A stretch of 64,000 nt of DNA from an uncultured Candidatus Melainabacteria bacterium (GCA_934700385.1 CAKUXO010000002.1:23323-87322), one strand, 5' to 3'; shown: positions 1 to 9,543, counted from the first letter of the stretch. Made by a program: numbers and translations. The notes: generated by a model not told the origin, from the sequence alone.

Positions 1-931
1 TTGGGCGCTTTTTAACTTCTTTAAAAATCTCACCTAAATATTCAGCAACAATTCCTACGCAGAAAACTTCAAATCCGCCAAAAAATGAAGTTACAATTAT
101 AGCTGTTGCCCAACCATCTGGTGAATCATTCCATAAGAATTTTGCTAAAATTGCATACATTCCCATTAAAAAGCCGATTAACATACATAAAAAGCCTGAT
201 ACGCAGATTAATTTTAAAGGTACAACGCTATAAGAAGTTATACCATTAACAGCTAAAGCAGTTAAAGAGAATAAGTTAAACTTAGATTTTCCAACGTTTC
301 TTTTTTTAACGTCAAATTGCACGCTTATTTGTTTAAAGCCGATTTCATGGAAAAAACCTCTTAAAAACAGGTTTGTTTCTTTAAATTTATCTAAAATTTC
401 AAGAACTTCACATGAAACCAATCTAAAATCAGAATGATTTTTAGGAATTTTCACCCCTAAAATTGCCATTAATTTATAAAAAGCAAGAGCGGTTATTTTT
501 TTAAAAAAGGAGTCTGTTTTTCTGTCGTTTCTAACTCCAAAAACAATTTTATACCCCTCATCATATCTATCAATAAATTCTTCTATTTTTGTTTCGTCTT
601 GTTGTAGGTCTGCGTCAATTGTGACAACAGCGTCACAGCCGATTTTTTTAGCGCCTAACATGCCTGCTAAAAGTGCTTTTTGATTTCCGAAATTAGATAA
701 AAATTTAGCAGCTTTGATTTTATGAGGATGTCTAGCTACTGCTTTTGCAATTTCATACCAAGTTTCATCTTTTGAACCATCATCAATAAGATAAATATAG
801 CTATTAGAAGCTATTTTTTCTTTTTTTTCAAGATAATCTAAAAGCTCTAAAAGTCTTTCTGTTGTAGATTTTATAAGACCTTCTTCATTAAAACATGGAA
901 TCGCTATTGCTAATCTAGTATATTTAGACAT
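1..931 (-). CDS. Family-2 glycosyltransferase of the polyprenol-phosphate sugar transferase type (GtrB/ArnC/FlmF2-like). C-terminus runs off the left window edge.
   Basis: Not in the ORF track because it is open at the edge. My reverse-strand translation from ATG (929-931): MSKYTRLAIAIPCFNEEGLI...YLIDDGSKDETW...VVTIDADLQQD...SDFRLVSCEV..., then hydrophobic segments and ...GIVAEYLGEIFKEVKKRP, the typical GtrB/ArnC C-terminal tail. Confidence 0.8.
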   Translation of the reverse strand, partial: MSKYTRLAIAIPCFNEEGLIKSTTERLLELLDYLEKKEKIASNSYIYLIDDGSKDETWYEIAKAVARHPHKIKAAKFLSNFGNQKALLAGMLGAKKIGCDAVVTIDADLQQDETKIEEFIDRYDEGYKIVFGVRNDRKTDSFFKKITALAFYKLMAILGVKIPKNHSDFRLVSCEVLEILDKFKETNLFLRGFFHEIGFKQISVQFDVKKRNVGKSKFNLFSLTALAVNGITSYSVVPLKLICVSGFLCMLIGFLMGMYAILAKFLWNDSPDGWATAIIVTSFFGGFEVFCVGIVAEYLGEIFKEVKKRP

Positions 932-1028
932 TTTTCATTACCTCGTGTTTCTATATTATCATGTTAATCGTCTATTGCAAAAAGAATACAATAATTTTAT
1001 TATTTTTATGTTAGCAAAAGAGGATAGT

Positions 1029-1856
1029 ATGAAAAAATTTATTTTAAACGCTGATGACCTAGCTAAAAGCGAATTTCATAACAAAGCAGTTTTAGATGGA
1101 TATAATAAAGGTTTGCTTTTAAGTACAAGTATAATGGCAAATATGCCTTTTTATGATGAAGCAATTAACCTTGTTGTAAAAACTTGTCCTAATTTATCTG
1201 TTGGGGTTCACCTTAATATAATAGAAGGTAAAAGTTTAATTCCTCATCTTAATCTTTTAGTTGATAATAACGATAACTTTAATAATGGCTATTTAAAACT
1301 TTTATTAAAATCACAAGATAAAAACTTTCTTCTTCAAGTTGAAAAAGAATTTAGAGCACAAATTGAAAAATGTTTAAAAGATTTCACCCCAACACACCTT
1401 GATTCTCATGTTCATGTTCATTCTATTCCTGAAATTTTTAAAATTGTTGTTAAATTAGCTTCTGAATATAATATTAAACAAATTAGAACACAAGCTGAAA
1501 TTCCATATTTTACAAAAGAAGATAAATATAACCCGATTAACTTTATTAAAGTTTTACTTTTAAACTATTTTTCAATTCAAAATAAAGTTTTAATTAAGAA
1601 AAATAATCTTCAAACTAACGATTATATTATTGGTGTGGGCTATACCGGCATGATGAATTCAAATACATTAGTTGAAGGTTTAAGAAAAATTAAAAAAGAT
1701 TGTGTTGTTGAAGCCTTAATTCACCCTAAAAAATATCCTGATGATAAAAAAGATTCTCATTCAATTGAATTTGAAATAACTCAAGATTTAATGACAAAAG
1801 ATATAATTGAAACTCTTGGTTTTAAAATTACTAATTACAAAGAAAATATGATATAA
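1029..1856 (+). CDS. YdjC/ChbG-family carbohydrate deacetylase
   Basis: MKKFILNADDLAKSEFHNKAVLDGYNKGLLLSTSIMAN...VGVHLNIIEG...HLDSHVHVH matches the YdjC pattern (ADD..., GxHL, H-x-D-x-H). I prefer ATG at 1029 (AAAGAGGA upstream) over the track start at 945. Confidence 0.8.
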   Translation: MKKFILNADDLAKSEFHNKAVLDGYNKGLLLSTSIMANMPFYDEAINLVVKTCPNLSVGVHLNIIEGKSLIPHLNLLVDNNDNFNNGYLKLLLKSQDKNFLLQVEKEFRAQIEKCLKDFTPTHLDSHVHVHSIPEIFKIVVKLASEYNIKQIRTQAEIPYFTKEDKYNPINFIKVLLLNYFSIQNKVLIKKNNLQTNDYIIGVGYTGMMNSNTLVEGLRKIKKDCVVEALIHPKKYPDDKKDSHSIEFEITQDLMTKDIIETLGFKITNYKENMI

Positions 1857-1889
1857 TTATTTTATTATTTATAGAGGAAAAGAATAAAA

Positions 1890-4800
1890 ATGCTTCAAAC
1901 TGTGCCTAATGCCATCAAAAACGCATTTCGTGGAAGTTTTATTAAAAAAATATGTAACTATCTTCATGATTGCGTTAGAGAAGAAGTTAAATCTTCAACT
2001 TTTAGAAATTTAAAAGCTGATAAAGAAAATAAATGGGTATTTTTAAAAGATGAAGAATCTGTTTTTAAAAACTTTGATACTCCCTTAAGGCTTGACGGTA
2101 AAGACAGCTCTTTAGTTGAATTAATGATTCAATCTGAGATGAATCAAAAAGAAAAATATTTAATCTACGGCTTTTTATTTTTGGTTGGAAAAAATAATAA
2201 ATCAAAAAAAGATAATGAATTTTTAACCCCTCTTTTATATGCCCCTGCAAAATTAGAGCGTGACGGTTTAAACATTGTTTTATCTATTCAAGAAGATGTA
2301 TTATCTCTTAACACAGGTGCTATTGCTCAATTAATTAAAAGAGAAGATGAACAAGAAACAGATGCAATGTTAGCAGGGCTTTTAGATGTTGTACCAAAAT
2401 TACCTCTAGAAGAAAATGAACTTAATATTTTTCTAACTACCTTAAAATCATTAGTTCCTGATATTGAAATATCTTTTAATGAAAATGTTTCAAAAAATCG
2501 TGAAGATGAATTTTATAATCAAAAAGCAACCCTAGAAGATATTGAAGCAGGTAATCTTGATTTTGATTCAATTGAGCAACTTCAAAATGCGCCAAAAGTA
2601 AAACTAGATAAATTATCTCTTGATTTTAGTCAGGCTGTTATTTTAACAACAAGACCGACTGTTACTGCTGGTGTTTTACATGAACTTACTCAAATTGCTG
2701 AAAAACCATCAGGTGTTCATAGAGAAACTGTTTTAAACGTAATTAATCAAGAATTTTTAGAATCAAGCGGACAAAGTGAAATCAAAATAGATGATAATTC
2801 CCTATCTTCTTTCTTCCCGATAACTCCTCTTAGTCTTTCAACTTCACAAGAAGAAGTTATAAAAAATATTGAAGAAAATGACTTTGTTGCCGTTTGCGGT
2901 CCCCCAGGGACAGGCAAAAGTCAAACGATAGTTAATGTTGTTGCGCATTTAATTGCTAATGGTAAATCTGTTTTAGTTGCAAGTAAAATGGATAAAGCGG
3001 TTGATGTTGTGGCTCAAAGGCTAAATACCCTTGGTGCGCCATTTTTAGCTTTAAGGGCAGGCAGAGCAAACTATCAAAAGCAATTAAATCTTGAACTTCA
3101 AGAATTATTATCAAGAAAAGTTAACTTAAATAGCGGTTTTGATGATAATATGACTGCTGGTGTTGATGATATGAAAGAATTGCTTAAAGATATTAAACGA
3201 CTTCAAAATATGGCTTTGTCGATTTTATCTTTAGAAAAAAAATACACTGAAATTTTTGAAGAATATGAAAGCGCAAAAGATTCAATTTCAGATTTAACTC
3301 TGATTGTTGAAAAAATAAAACTTGAGCACCTAAAAGAAGTTAAAAAGATTTTTTCTCAAATTGAAGATATTGAAAATAAATATAAAAAAGGTTTCTTTGA
3401 TAAAATAAAGCTTTATTTTGACTACAATAAAATTAAAAAACTTTTAAAGTTACATAAAGTTTTAAATGAAGATATCTTAAAGCGTTTACCTTTTGAACTT
3501 AATATTGCTATGCAAGAAGCAGATTTAAGACATTGTGAAGATGAAATTAATTCAAAAGGAAATCTTCATCAAATTTTAAAAAGAATTAAAAATTTAAAAT
3601 CTAAACAAAAGAAGCTTGCAATTGATATTTTGAAAAATAAAAGAAGAACCGCTTTAAAAAATATCATTCAAGACGCTCAAAAAAGAAGAAGATTAACAAT
3701 CCATGCTAAATCTTTAGTTTCAAGAAAAACCAATCAGCAAAGTAAACTTCTTGAAAAAGAAGATTTTAAACCATTACTTGAAGCGTTTCCTTGCTGGTGC
3801 ACTACAACATACGCTGTTTCAAATAGTTTACCTTTAAAACCTGCGATGTTTGATGTTTTAATTATAGATGAGGCTTCTCAATGTGATATTGCCTCTTGTA
3901 TTCCTTTATTATATAGAGCTAAAAAAGCGATTATTGTGGGGGATGATAAGCAATTACCACATCTATCTTTCTTAGAAAAATCAAAAGAACAAAGTTTCTT
4001 ATCTCAATATAACATTGATGAAAAATATCAATTAATTTGGAGATATAGAGATAACTCTATGTTTGATGTAACAAATTATTATTCAAACACCCCTGTAATG
4101 CTTGATGAGCATTTTAGAAGCCCTGCGCCTATAATTGATTTTTCAGCTAAAGAATTTTATGGCGGAAAAATTAAGGTAATGAGCCCATCAATTAATCAAA
4201 AAGATGTTGTTGAATTAAGAATTGTGCGTGACGGCAAAGTTGACCACGACGCAACAAGAAATATGGCTGAATGTGAAGAAATTGTTAAAACAATTCAAGA
4301 ATTAATAACAGAAGATAAAAATAATGATTCTCCGCTTTCAATTGGGGTTATTTCGCCTTTCAGAGCGCAAGTTGACTTAATTAAAAAAGCTATTTTAAAA
4401 GTTTTTGATTCTGAAACAATTTTAAGACATAAACTTGATGTTGGTACAGCTCATACATTCCAAGGAGATGAAAGAGATATTATGCTTTTAAGCTGGACTT
4501 TTGCGCCTAATTCTCATAATCAAAGTCTTATTTTTGCTCAAAAACCAAATCTTTTTAACGTTGCAATTACAAGGGCAAAATCAAAACTGATTAATTTCAT
4601 TTCAAGACCTATAAATGAGCTTCCTGAAGGACTTTTAAGAGATTATCTTGAATATGTTAAAAGGCTAAATTCATCTATTCAAAAAAATACATTCAAAAAT
4701 GATTTTGAAAAAATTGTCTATAATGAAATCCTAGAAGAATTCCCTTCTTTTAAAGATAATGTTTTTGCTGGTGTCATGATGGGTGGCGTGAGTGCTGATA

Positions 4801-4994
4801 TAGTAATCAATTGCCCGAAAAAAACCGTTGTTGAAATAGATGGGGTTATAGATGAAATATCATCAAATGTTGATGATATGGAAAAACAAGCGTTAATTGA
4901 AAGATGTGGCTATAGCGTTATTAGAATAACAAAAAGAGAGTGGCAAATTTCTTCAAACGCTTGCTTAGAGCGCATTAGACAAGCAATAAGCTAA
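1890..4994 (+). CDS. Superfamily-1 (Upf1/DNA2-like) helicase with a DUF4011-like N-terminus and a C-terminal DUF559/Vsr-like PD-(D/E)xK endonuclease-like domain
   Basis: Helicase motifs: GPPGTGKSQT (nt 2898-2921 encode GPPGTGKS), IIDEASQC, VGDDKQLPH, LDEHFRS, GTAHTFQGDERD, NVAITRAKSKL. N-terminus YLIYGFLFLVG...FLTPLLYAPAKLER resembles DUF4011. C-terminus (about 4704-4991): GVSADIVINCPKKTVVEIDGVIDE...EKQALIERCGYSVIRITKREW resembles DUF559. Confidence 0.85.
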   Translation: MLQTVPNAIKNAFRGSFIKKICNYLHDCVREEVKSSTFRNLKADKENKWVFLKDEESVFKNFDTPLRLDGKDSSLVELMIQSEMNQKEKYLIYGFLFLVGKNNKSKKDNEFLTPLLYAPAKLERDGLNIVLSIQEDVLSLNTGAIAQLIKREDEQETDAMLAGLLDVVPKLPLEENELNIFLTTLKSLVPDIEISFNENVSKNREDEFYNQKATLEDIEAGNLDFDSIEQLQNAPKVKLDKLSLDFSQAVILTTRPTVTAGVLHELTQIAEKPSGVHRETVLNVINQEFLESSGQSEIKIDDNSLSSFFPITPLSLSTSQEEVIKNIEENDFVAVCGPPGTGKSQTIVNVVAHLIANGKSVLVASKMDKAVDVVAQRLNTLGAPFLALRAGRANYQKQLNLELQELLSRKVNLNSGFDDNMTAGVDDMKELLKDIKRLQNMALSILSLEKKYTEIFEEYESAKDSISDLTLIVEKIKLEHLKEVKKIFSQIEDIENKYKKGFFDKIKLYFDYNKIKKLLKLHKVLNEDILKRLPFELNIAMQEADLRHCEDEINSKGNLHQILKRIKNLKSKQKKLAIDILKNKRRTALKNIIQDAQKRRRLTIHAKSLVSRKTNQQSKLLEKEDFKPLLEAFPCWCTTTYAVSNSLPLKPAMFDVLIIDEASQCDIASCIPLLYRAKKAIIVGDDKQLPHLSFLEKSKEQSFLSQYNIDEKYQLIWRYRDNSMFDVTNYYSNTPVMLDEHFRSPAPIIDFSAKEFYGGKIKVMSPSINQKDVVELRIVRDGKVDHDATRNMAECEEIVKTIQELITEDKNNDSPLSIGVISPFRAQVDLIKKAILKVFDSETILRHKLDVGTAHTFQGDERDIMLLSWTFAPNSHNQSLIFAQKPNLFNVAITRAKSKLINFISRPINELPEGLLRDYLEYVKRLNSSIQKNTFKNDFEKIVYNEILEEFPSFKDNVFAGVMMGGVSADIVINCPKKTVVEIDGVIDEISSNVDDMEKQALIERCGYSVIRITKREWQISSNACLERIRQAIS

Positions 4995-5016
4995 AAATTT
5001 CTATTTAATATTTTTT

Positions 5017-5034
5017 TGATAAAATAAAAATATG
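5017..5034 (+). promoter_or_regulatory. Extended -10 box TGaTAAAAT, 6 nt, then the mutS2 ATG. Candidate leaderless promoter.
   Basis: T5017 G5018 a T5020-AAAAT5025, spacer aaaaat, ATG 5032. No Shine-Dalgarno between them. Confidence 0.45.
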
Positions 5035-7392
5035 AATATGGAATTTAAAAATTTAAACGAACATCACCTTGCTCTTGAATTTGATAAGGTTCTTTTGTCA
5101 ATTTCAAAATATGCTCTTAATTCACAATCTAAAAATGAAATTTTAAATCAAGAAATCTATAATAAAAAAGCGCAAATTGAATATGAGCTTGATTTAGTTA
5201 ATGAAGCTAAAAACATTATCAACCAAACCGCAAGCGGTTCATTGGTTGAAGATTTTTTAGATTGCAATAAAATCTTTAAGCAAAATTTTCTATCAAGCGA
5301 AGAAATAATTGAACTGGCAAAAATTTTAAGATATTCAAGATTAACAAAAAATCAAATTTCAAAGTTTGATGAAGCTAAAAATCTTAATGAAATAATTAAA
5401 AATTTATACATTGATAAAAATTTTGAAGATAAAATTTTTAATACTTTTGATAAAGAATTAAATGTTGTTGATAGCGCAAGCGATACCTTAAAATCTTTAA
5501 GAAATTCATATAAAGATAATAAAGAAAATCTTAAAAATGCAATTAATCAACTTTTACAAAATCATAGCTTTTTAGATAACTTGCAAGATAGTGTTGTGTC
5601 TTTAAGGGATAATCGCCCCGTTTTTCAAGTTAAAGCGAGTTGTAAAAACAAAGTTTCAGGTATTGTTCATGATATTTCATCAACAAATTTAACATATTTC
5701 ATTGAGCCATCTCAACTTGTTCCTTATTCAAATAAATTAAAACAAATTGAAATAGAAATAAAAGCTGAAATTGATAGAATTCTTTATCAATTAGCTCAAG
5801 AATTAAAAGAAATTTCAGAGGAAATTAAAAAAAATCAAAAGATTTTAATTAAAATTGATTTAACTTTTGCAAAAGCAAAATATGCAATTCACCTTAAGGC
5901 AATTCCAGCAGAAATTTCTGAAAACAAAATAATTGAATTTCAAGGAATGCGCCACCCTTTATTAATCGAAGTTAAAGAAAATGTTGTTGAAAATGATTTT
6001 GAACTTGGAAATAACTACAACTGCCTTTTAATCACAGGTTCTAATACTGGTGGTAAAACAGTTGCACTTAAAACTGTCGGTTTACTTGTTTTAATGACAA
6101 AAGCAGGGCTTCACATTCCTTGTTTGGGTGCTAAAATTTATCCTTATAATGAAATTTATTGTGATATATCTAAAGAACAAAGCCTTGAACAAGGTTTTTC
6201 AACCTATAGTGCTCACATTAAAAACATAGCTAATATTATGGATTTATTAGATGAAAATTCTTTAATATTACTGGATGAATTAGGTTCAGGTACTGACCCA
6301 ACTGAAAGCGCTTGTATTTCAAGAGCAATTTTAAAATTTATTAAAGAAAAAAATTCTCAAGCGATTATAACAACGCACCTTGGCGAATTAAAGTCTTTAA
6401 AATATGAAGATGATTATTTTGAAAATGCAACTGTAACTTTTGATATAACCACCTTAAAACCAACCTATAAATTAATTTTTGGGGTTTCAGGTACATCAAA
6501 TGCTATTGAAATATCTTCTGAATTAGGATTAAATCAAAAAATTATTCTAATGGCAAAAGAATATTTTGAAGAAAGTAAAAATGATAATACAAAACTTTTT
6601 TCAAAAATTGAAAAAACTAATCAAAATTTAATTCAAAAAGAAGAAGAAATTAATAAAAAATTAGATAACATAAATCAAGATAAATCTGAATTTGAAACAA
6701 AATTAAAAGAATTAAAACAAAATAAAAAGAAATCTCTTGAAAACTTTAAAAAGAAATTTCAAAATCAACTTGAAGACGCAAGAGATGAAATCAAAGAAAT
6801 TGTTAATGAAATTAGAAAAGAAAAATCTCTTAAAGTTGCGATGCGCTCTTATGATAGATTAAATAAAATTGAAAGCAAAATCCGTGAAGATTTTTCAAAT
6901 TCTTCTGATGAACTTGAAGAAAAGTTTAAGCCGCTTGATTCTAAAAATCTTAAAATTGGGCAAAATGTTCTTGTTAAAAAACTTGGTCAAGTTGTTATTT
7001 TAAATTCATTACCCGATAAAAAAGGTAATGTTGAAATAAGAATAGGTAATATCAATTCTAAAATTAATATTTCAAAATTAGCTCATACAGATAAAAAAGT
7101 GGCACCCCACCTTAAAAAGGTTCAAGTTTCTTTTGATAATACGGATAATCTTCTATCAAGATTAGATTTAAGAGGAATGAGAGCCCTAGATGCTATTGAA
7201 TATTTAGATGAAAAATTAGATAAAGCAAGCCTAAGAGGTTTAAATCAAATAACGGTTATCCATGGTTATGGAACAGGGGCATTGAAATCTGCTGTTAAAG
7301 ATTATCTTCAAAACTCTCCTTATGTTGCAAAATTTCGCTATGGAGATGAAACCCAAGGGCGAGATGGAGTTGTTATAGTCGATTTATTATGA
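5032..7392 (+). CDS. mutS2: Endonuclease MutS2 (MutS ATPase core plus C-terminal Smr domain)
   Basis: Walker A GSNTGGKTVALKTVGL, Walker B LLDELGSGTDP. C-terminal Smr: LDLRGMRALDAIEYLDEKLDKA...ITVIHGYGTGALK. Confidence 0.9.
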   Translation: MNMEFKNLNEHHLALEFDKVLLSISKYALNSQSKNEILNQEIYNKKAQIEYELDLVNEAKNIINQTASGSLVEDFLDCNKIFKQNFLSSEEIIELAKILRYSRLTKNQISKFDEAKNLNEIIKNLYIDKNFEDKIFNTFDKELNVVDSASDTLKSLRNSYKDNKENLKNAINQLLQNHSFLDNLQDSVVSLRDNRPVFQVKASCKNKVSGIVHDISSTNLTYFIEPSQLVPYSNKLKQIEIEIKAEIDRILYQLAQELKEISEEIKKNQKILIKIDLTFAKAKYAIHLKAIPAEISENKIIEFQGMRHPLLIEVKENVVENDFELGNNYNCLLITGSNTGGKTVALKTVGLLVLMTKAGLHIPCLGAKIYPYNEIYCDISKEQSLEQGFSTYSAHIKNIANIMDLLDENSLILLDELGSGTDPTESACISRAILKFIKEKNSQAIITTHLGELKSLKYEDDYFENATVTFDITTLKPTYKLIFGVSGTSNAIEISSELGLNQKIILMAKEYFEESKNDNTKLFSKIEKTNQNLIQKEEEINKKLDNINQDKSEFETKLKELKQNKKKSLENFKKKFQNQLEDARDEIKEIVNEIRKEKSLKVAMRSYDRLNKIESKIREDFSNSSDELEEKFKPLDSKNLKIGQNVLVKKLGQVVILNSLPDKKGNVEIRIGNINSKINISKLAHTDKKVAPHLKKVQVSFDNTDNLLSRLDLRGMRALDAIEYLDEKLDKASLRGLNQITVIHGYGTGALKSAVKDYLQNSPYVAKFRYGDETQGRDGVVIVDLL

Positions 7393-8075
7393 TAGAAAAA
7401 GTTAAAAAAACTCTTTTTTCTTTAAAAGAAAAGAAATATCAAGAATTTTCTTCAAGATTAATTCCAAATTGCAATAATATGCTTGGGGTCAGAATTCCTC
7501 TTTTAAGAAAAATGGCGCTTGAAATTTCAAAAACTAATTATCAAGATTATTTTATTGAAAATGACGATGAATTTTTTGAATTAACAATGATAGAAGGGCT
7601 TGTGATTGGCTATTTAAAAATTAATTTTGAGGAGAAATTATCTTTAATTAAAAAATTCATTCCTAAAATAAATAATTGGTCAGTTTGTGACGCCTTTTGT
7701 TCAAATTTAAAAATTGTAAATAAAAATAAAGAAGATTTTAAAATTTTTTTAGAAAATTATTTTAATTCTAAAGATGAATTTGAACTTCGCTTTTGTTATG
7801 TAATTTTATTAAATTTTTATGTAAAAGATGACCTAGACTATGTTTTAGATAAAATTTCAAAATTTAATAATGACTTTTATTATTCTAAAATGGCGGTTGC
7901 TTGGTGTTTATCATATTGCTTTATGAATGATTTTAATAAAACCTTAAATTATCTTAAAAATTTAAAAATTGATAACAAAGTAATAAAAAAGGGAATTACA
8001 AAAGCAATTGAATCTTTTAGAATTACAAAAGAACAAAAAGAACTTTTAAAAGAAGTTAGAAAAAATTTTTCTTAA
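7389..8075 (+). CDS. DNA alkylation repair protein (AlkC/AlkD-like HEAT-like repeat family)
   Basis: KKYQEFSSRLIPNCNNMLGVRIPLLRKMA...INNWSVCDAFCSNLK is the typical DNA_alkylation family pattern. ATGA overlap with the mutS2 stop. Confidence 0.75.
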   Translation: MIEKVKKTLFSLKEKKYQEFSSRLIPNCNNMLGVRIPLLRKMALEISKTNYQDYFIENDDEFFELTMIEGLVIGYLKINFEEKLSLIKKFIPKINNWSVCDAFCSNLKIVNKNKEDFKIFLENYFNSKDEFELRFCYVILLNFYVKDDLDYVLDKISKFNNDFYYSKMAVAWCLSYCFMNDFNKTLNYLKNLKIDNKVIKKGITKAIESFRITKEQKELLKEVRKNFS

Positions 8076-8118
8076 CCTTTTATAAATAATAATGTATAAT
8101 TAGAAAAATGGAGTTGAT

Positions 8119-8538
8119 ATGTGGCAAATAATTTTAGGTATAGGTTTTATATTTTTAATTCTTGAAATGTTTACCCCTACTATGTTTTTCTTGAATTTTT
8201 CAATAAGCGCTTTTATCTGCGCTATTTTATCTTTATATATTAAAAATGTTTATTTTTTAATTGTTGTTTTTAGTATTCTTTCTGTTGTTTTAATTTTCAC
8301 CCTAAGACCACTTTTAGTTAGAAAAACTCAAAACAAAAATCTTGAAACTGGGATTAATGCTAAGTATATCGGTAAAACCGCAAAAGTTATTGAAAAAATT
8401 GATAGTAATTCAGGTGCTATAACCATTTATGATGAAAGATGGCAAGCAAAATCAAAAAATAATGAAACCTTTGAAGTTAATGAAATAGTTAAAATTGTTA
8501 GCTTTGAAGGCATTGTTGCTTATGTAGAAAAAGTTTAA
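8119..8538 (+). CDS. NfeD-family membrane protein (partner of the SPFH protein)
   Basis: N-terminal TM helices plus a C-terminal OB-like segment GKTAKVIEKIDSNSGAITIYDERWQAKS...VKIVSFEGIVAYVEKV. GGAG upstream of the ATG. Immediately precedes a stomatin-like gene. Confidence 0.75.
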   Translation: MWQIILGIGFIFLILEMFTPTMFFLNFSISAFICAILSLYIKNVYFLIVVFSILSVVLIFTLRPLLVRKTQNKNLETGINAKYIGKTAKVIEKIDSNSGAITIYDERWQAKSKNNETFEVNEIVKIVSFEGIVAYVEKV

Positions 8539-8549
8539 AGGAGTATTAA

Positions 8550-9521
8550 ATGAGCATTTTTTTAGTTTTACTTTTGGCTCTTGTTGTTGTTTTTGCACTG
8601 AAAGGTGTGATAATTGTACAACAAGCAGAAGTTGTTATTGTTGAAAGACTTGGTAAATATTCTAGAACCCTTGAATCGGGTTTGAATTTTATTTTACCTA
8701 TAATTGAAGCCCCAAGGGGAATTTCTTGGAAAGTCACTCAACGTGGGATTGACGGACAATCTTATTCATATATTAAAGAAAGAACAAAAATAGACCTAAG
8801 AGAATCTGTTTATGACTTCCCTCGTCAAACGGTAATCACAAAAGATAATGTTTCAATTAGCATTAATGCTCTTTTATATTTTCAAATTGTTGAAGCAAAA
8901 TCAGCAGTGTATGAAATTCAAAACTTACCTGAAGCAATTGAAAAATTGACTCAAACAACCCTAAGAAACCTTGTTGGGCAATTGGATTTAGATGAAACTT
9001 TAGTTTCAAGAGATAAAATTAATAATGAACTTCGCTCTATTTTAGATGAAGCAACAAATAAATGGGGTGTTAAGGTAAATAGGGTTGAATTGCAAGATAT
9101 TATCCCACCTGTTGATATTCAAACTGCTATGGAAAAACAAATGAAAGCAGAACGTGATAGACGTGCCGCTATTTTAGAAGCGGAGGGCTTGAAGAAATCT
9201 GCAATTTTAAAAGCAGAGGGTGAAAAAGAAGCTGCAATTAATCAAGCAGAGGGTACTAAAAAAGCTGAAATCTTAAAAGCAGAAGGTTTTGCCCAAGCAA
9301 GATTAATTGAAGCAGACGCTGAAAAAGAGGCAATTAGAAGAATTACAGAAGCCTTTAATAATCAAGGTCACCCTGATAAATATTTAATTGCTATGAAATA
9401 TCTTGAATCTCTTGAAGATATTGCAAAAGGTCAAAACAATAAAATTGTTTATATGCCTTATGAAGCAACAGGAATTTTATCTTCAATCGATGGCATAAAA
9501 GAAATGTTGAACACAAAATAA
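8550..9521 (+). CDS. SPFH/Band-7 (stomatin/QmcA-like) protein
   Basis: N-terminal TM segment, then VQQAEVVIVERLGKYSRTLESGLNFILP...ITKDNVSISINALLYFQIV...LRNLVGQLDLDETL and an Ala/Glu-rich coiled coil. AGGAG RBS. Confidence 0.9.
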   Translation: MSIFLVLLLALVVVFALKGVIIVQQAEVVIVERLGKYSRTLESGLNFILPIIEAPRGISWKVTQRGIDGQSYSYIKERTKIDLRESVYDFPRQTVITKDNVSISINALLYFQIVEAKSAVYEIQNLPEAIEKLTQTTLRNLVGQLDLDETLVSRDKINNELRSILDEATNKWGVKVNRVELQDIIPPVDIQTAMEKQMKAERDRRAAILEAEGLKKSAILKAEGEKEAAINQAEGTKKAEILKAEGFAQARLIEADAEKEAIRRITEAFNNQGHPDKYLIAMKYLESLEDIAKGQNNKIVYMPYEATGILSSIDGIKEMLNTK

Positions 9522-9543
9522 TTTAAAATATAATCAAAATTAA

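Noticed and set aside
945-1028. Longer N-terminal extensions given by the ORF track (945 vs 1029, 11088 vs 11079, 20448 vs 20424, 31762 vs 31750, 33974 vs 33953, 35841 vs 35871, 42694 vs 42667, 45630 vs 45642, 51729 vs 51765)
   Set aside because: The upstream starts are GTG or TTG codons, or lack an RBS. The downstream ATGs have AGGAG-like sites at the correct spacing and match where homologous families begin.
2065-2250. Short antisense or alternate-frame ORFs from the track that lie inside well-supported genes. Examples: 2065-2250, 8546-8737, 16911-17168, 19965-20147, 23051-23242, 24296-24514, 27791-27973, 34304-34519, 42033-42230, 43710-43925, 43871-44152.
   Set aside because: Each is fully embedded in a long gene with clear family motifs. 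Their Leu/Phe/Ser/Ile-rich composition is what the antisense of Lys/Glu/Asn-rich AT-rich coding sequence produces. None has an RBS.
7384-7392. Alternative genetic code (for example TGA read as an amino acid) in this AT-rich genome
   Set aside because: TGA ends mutS2 exactly where the family ends. All conserved genes have normal lengths under the standard code, with TAA, TAG and TGA all acting as stops.
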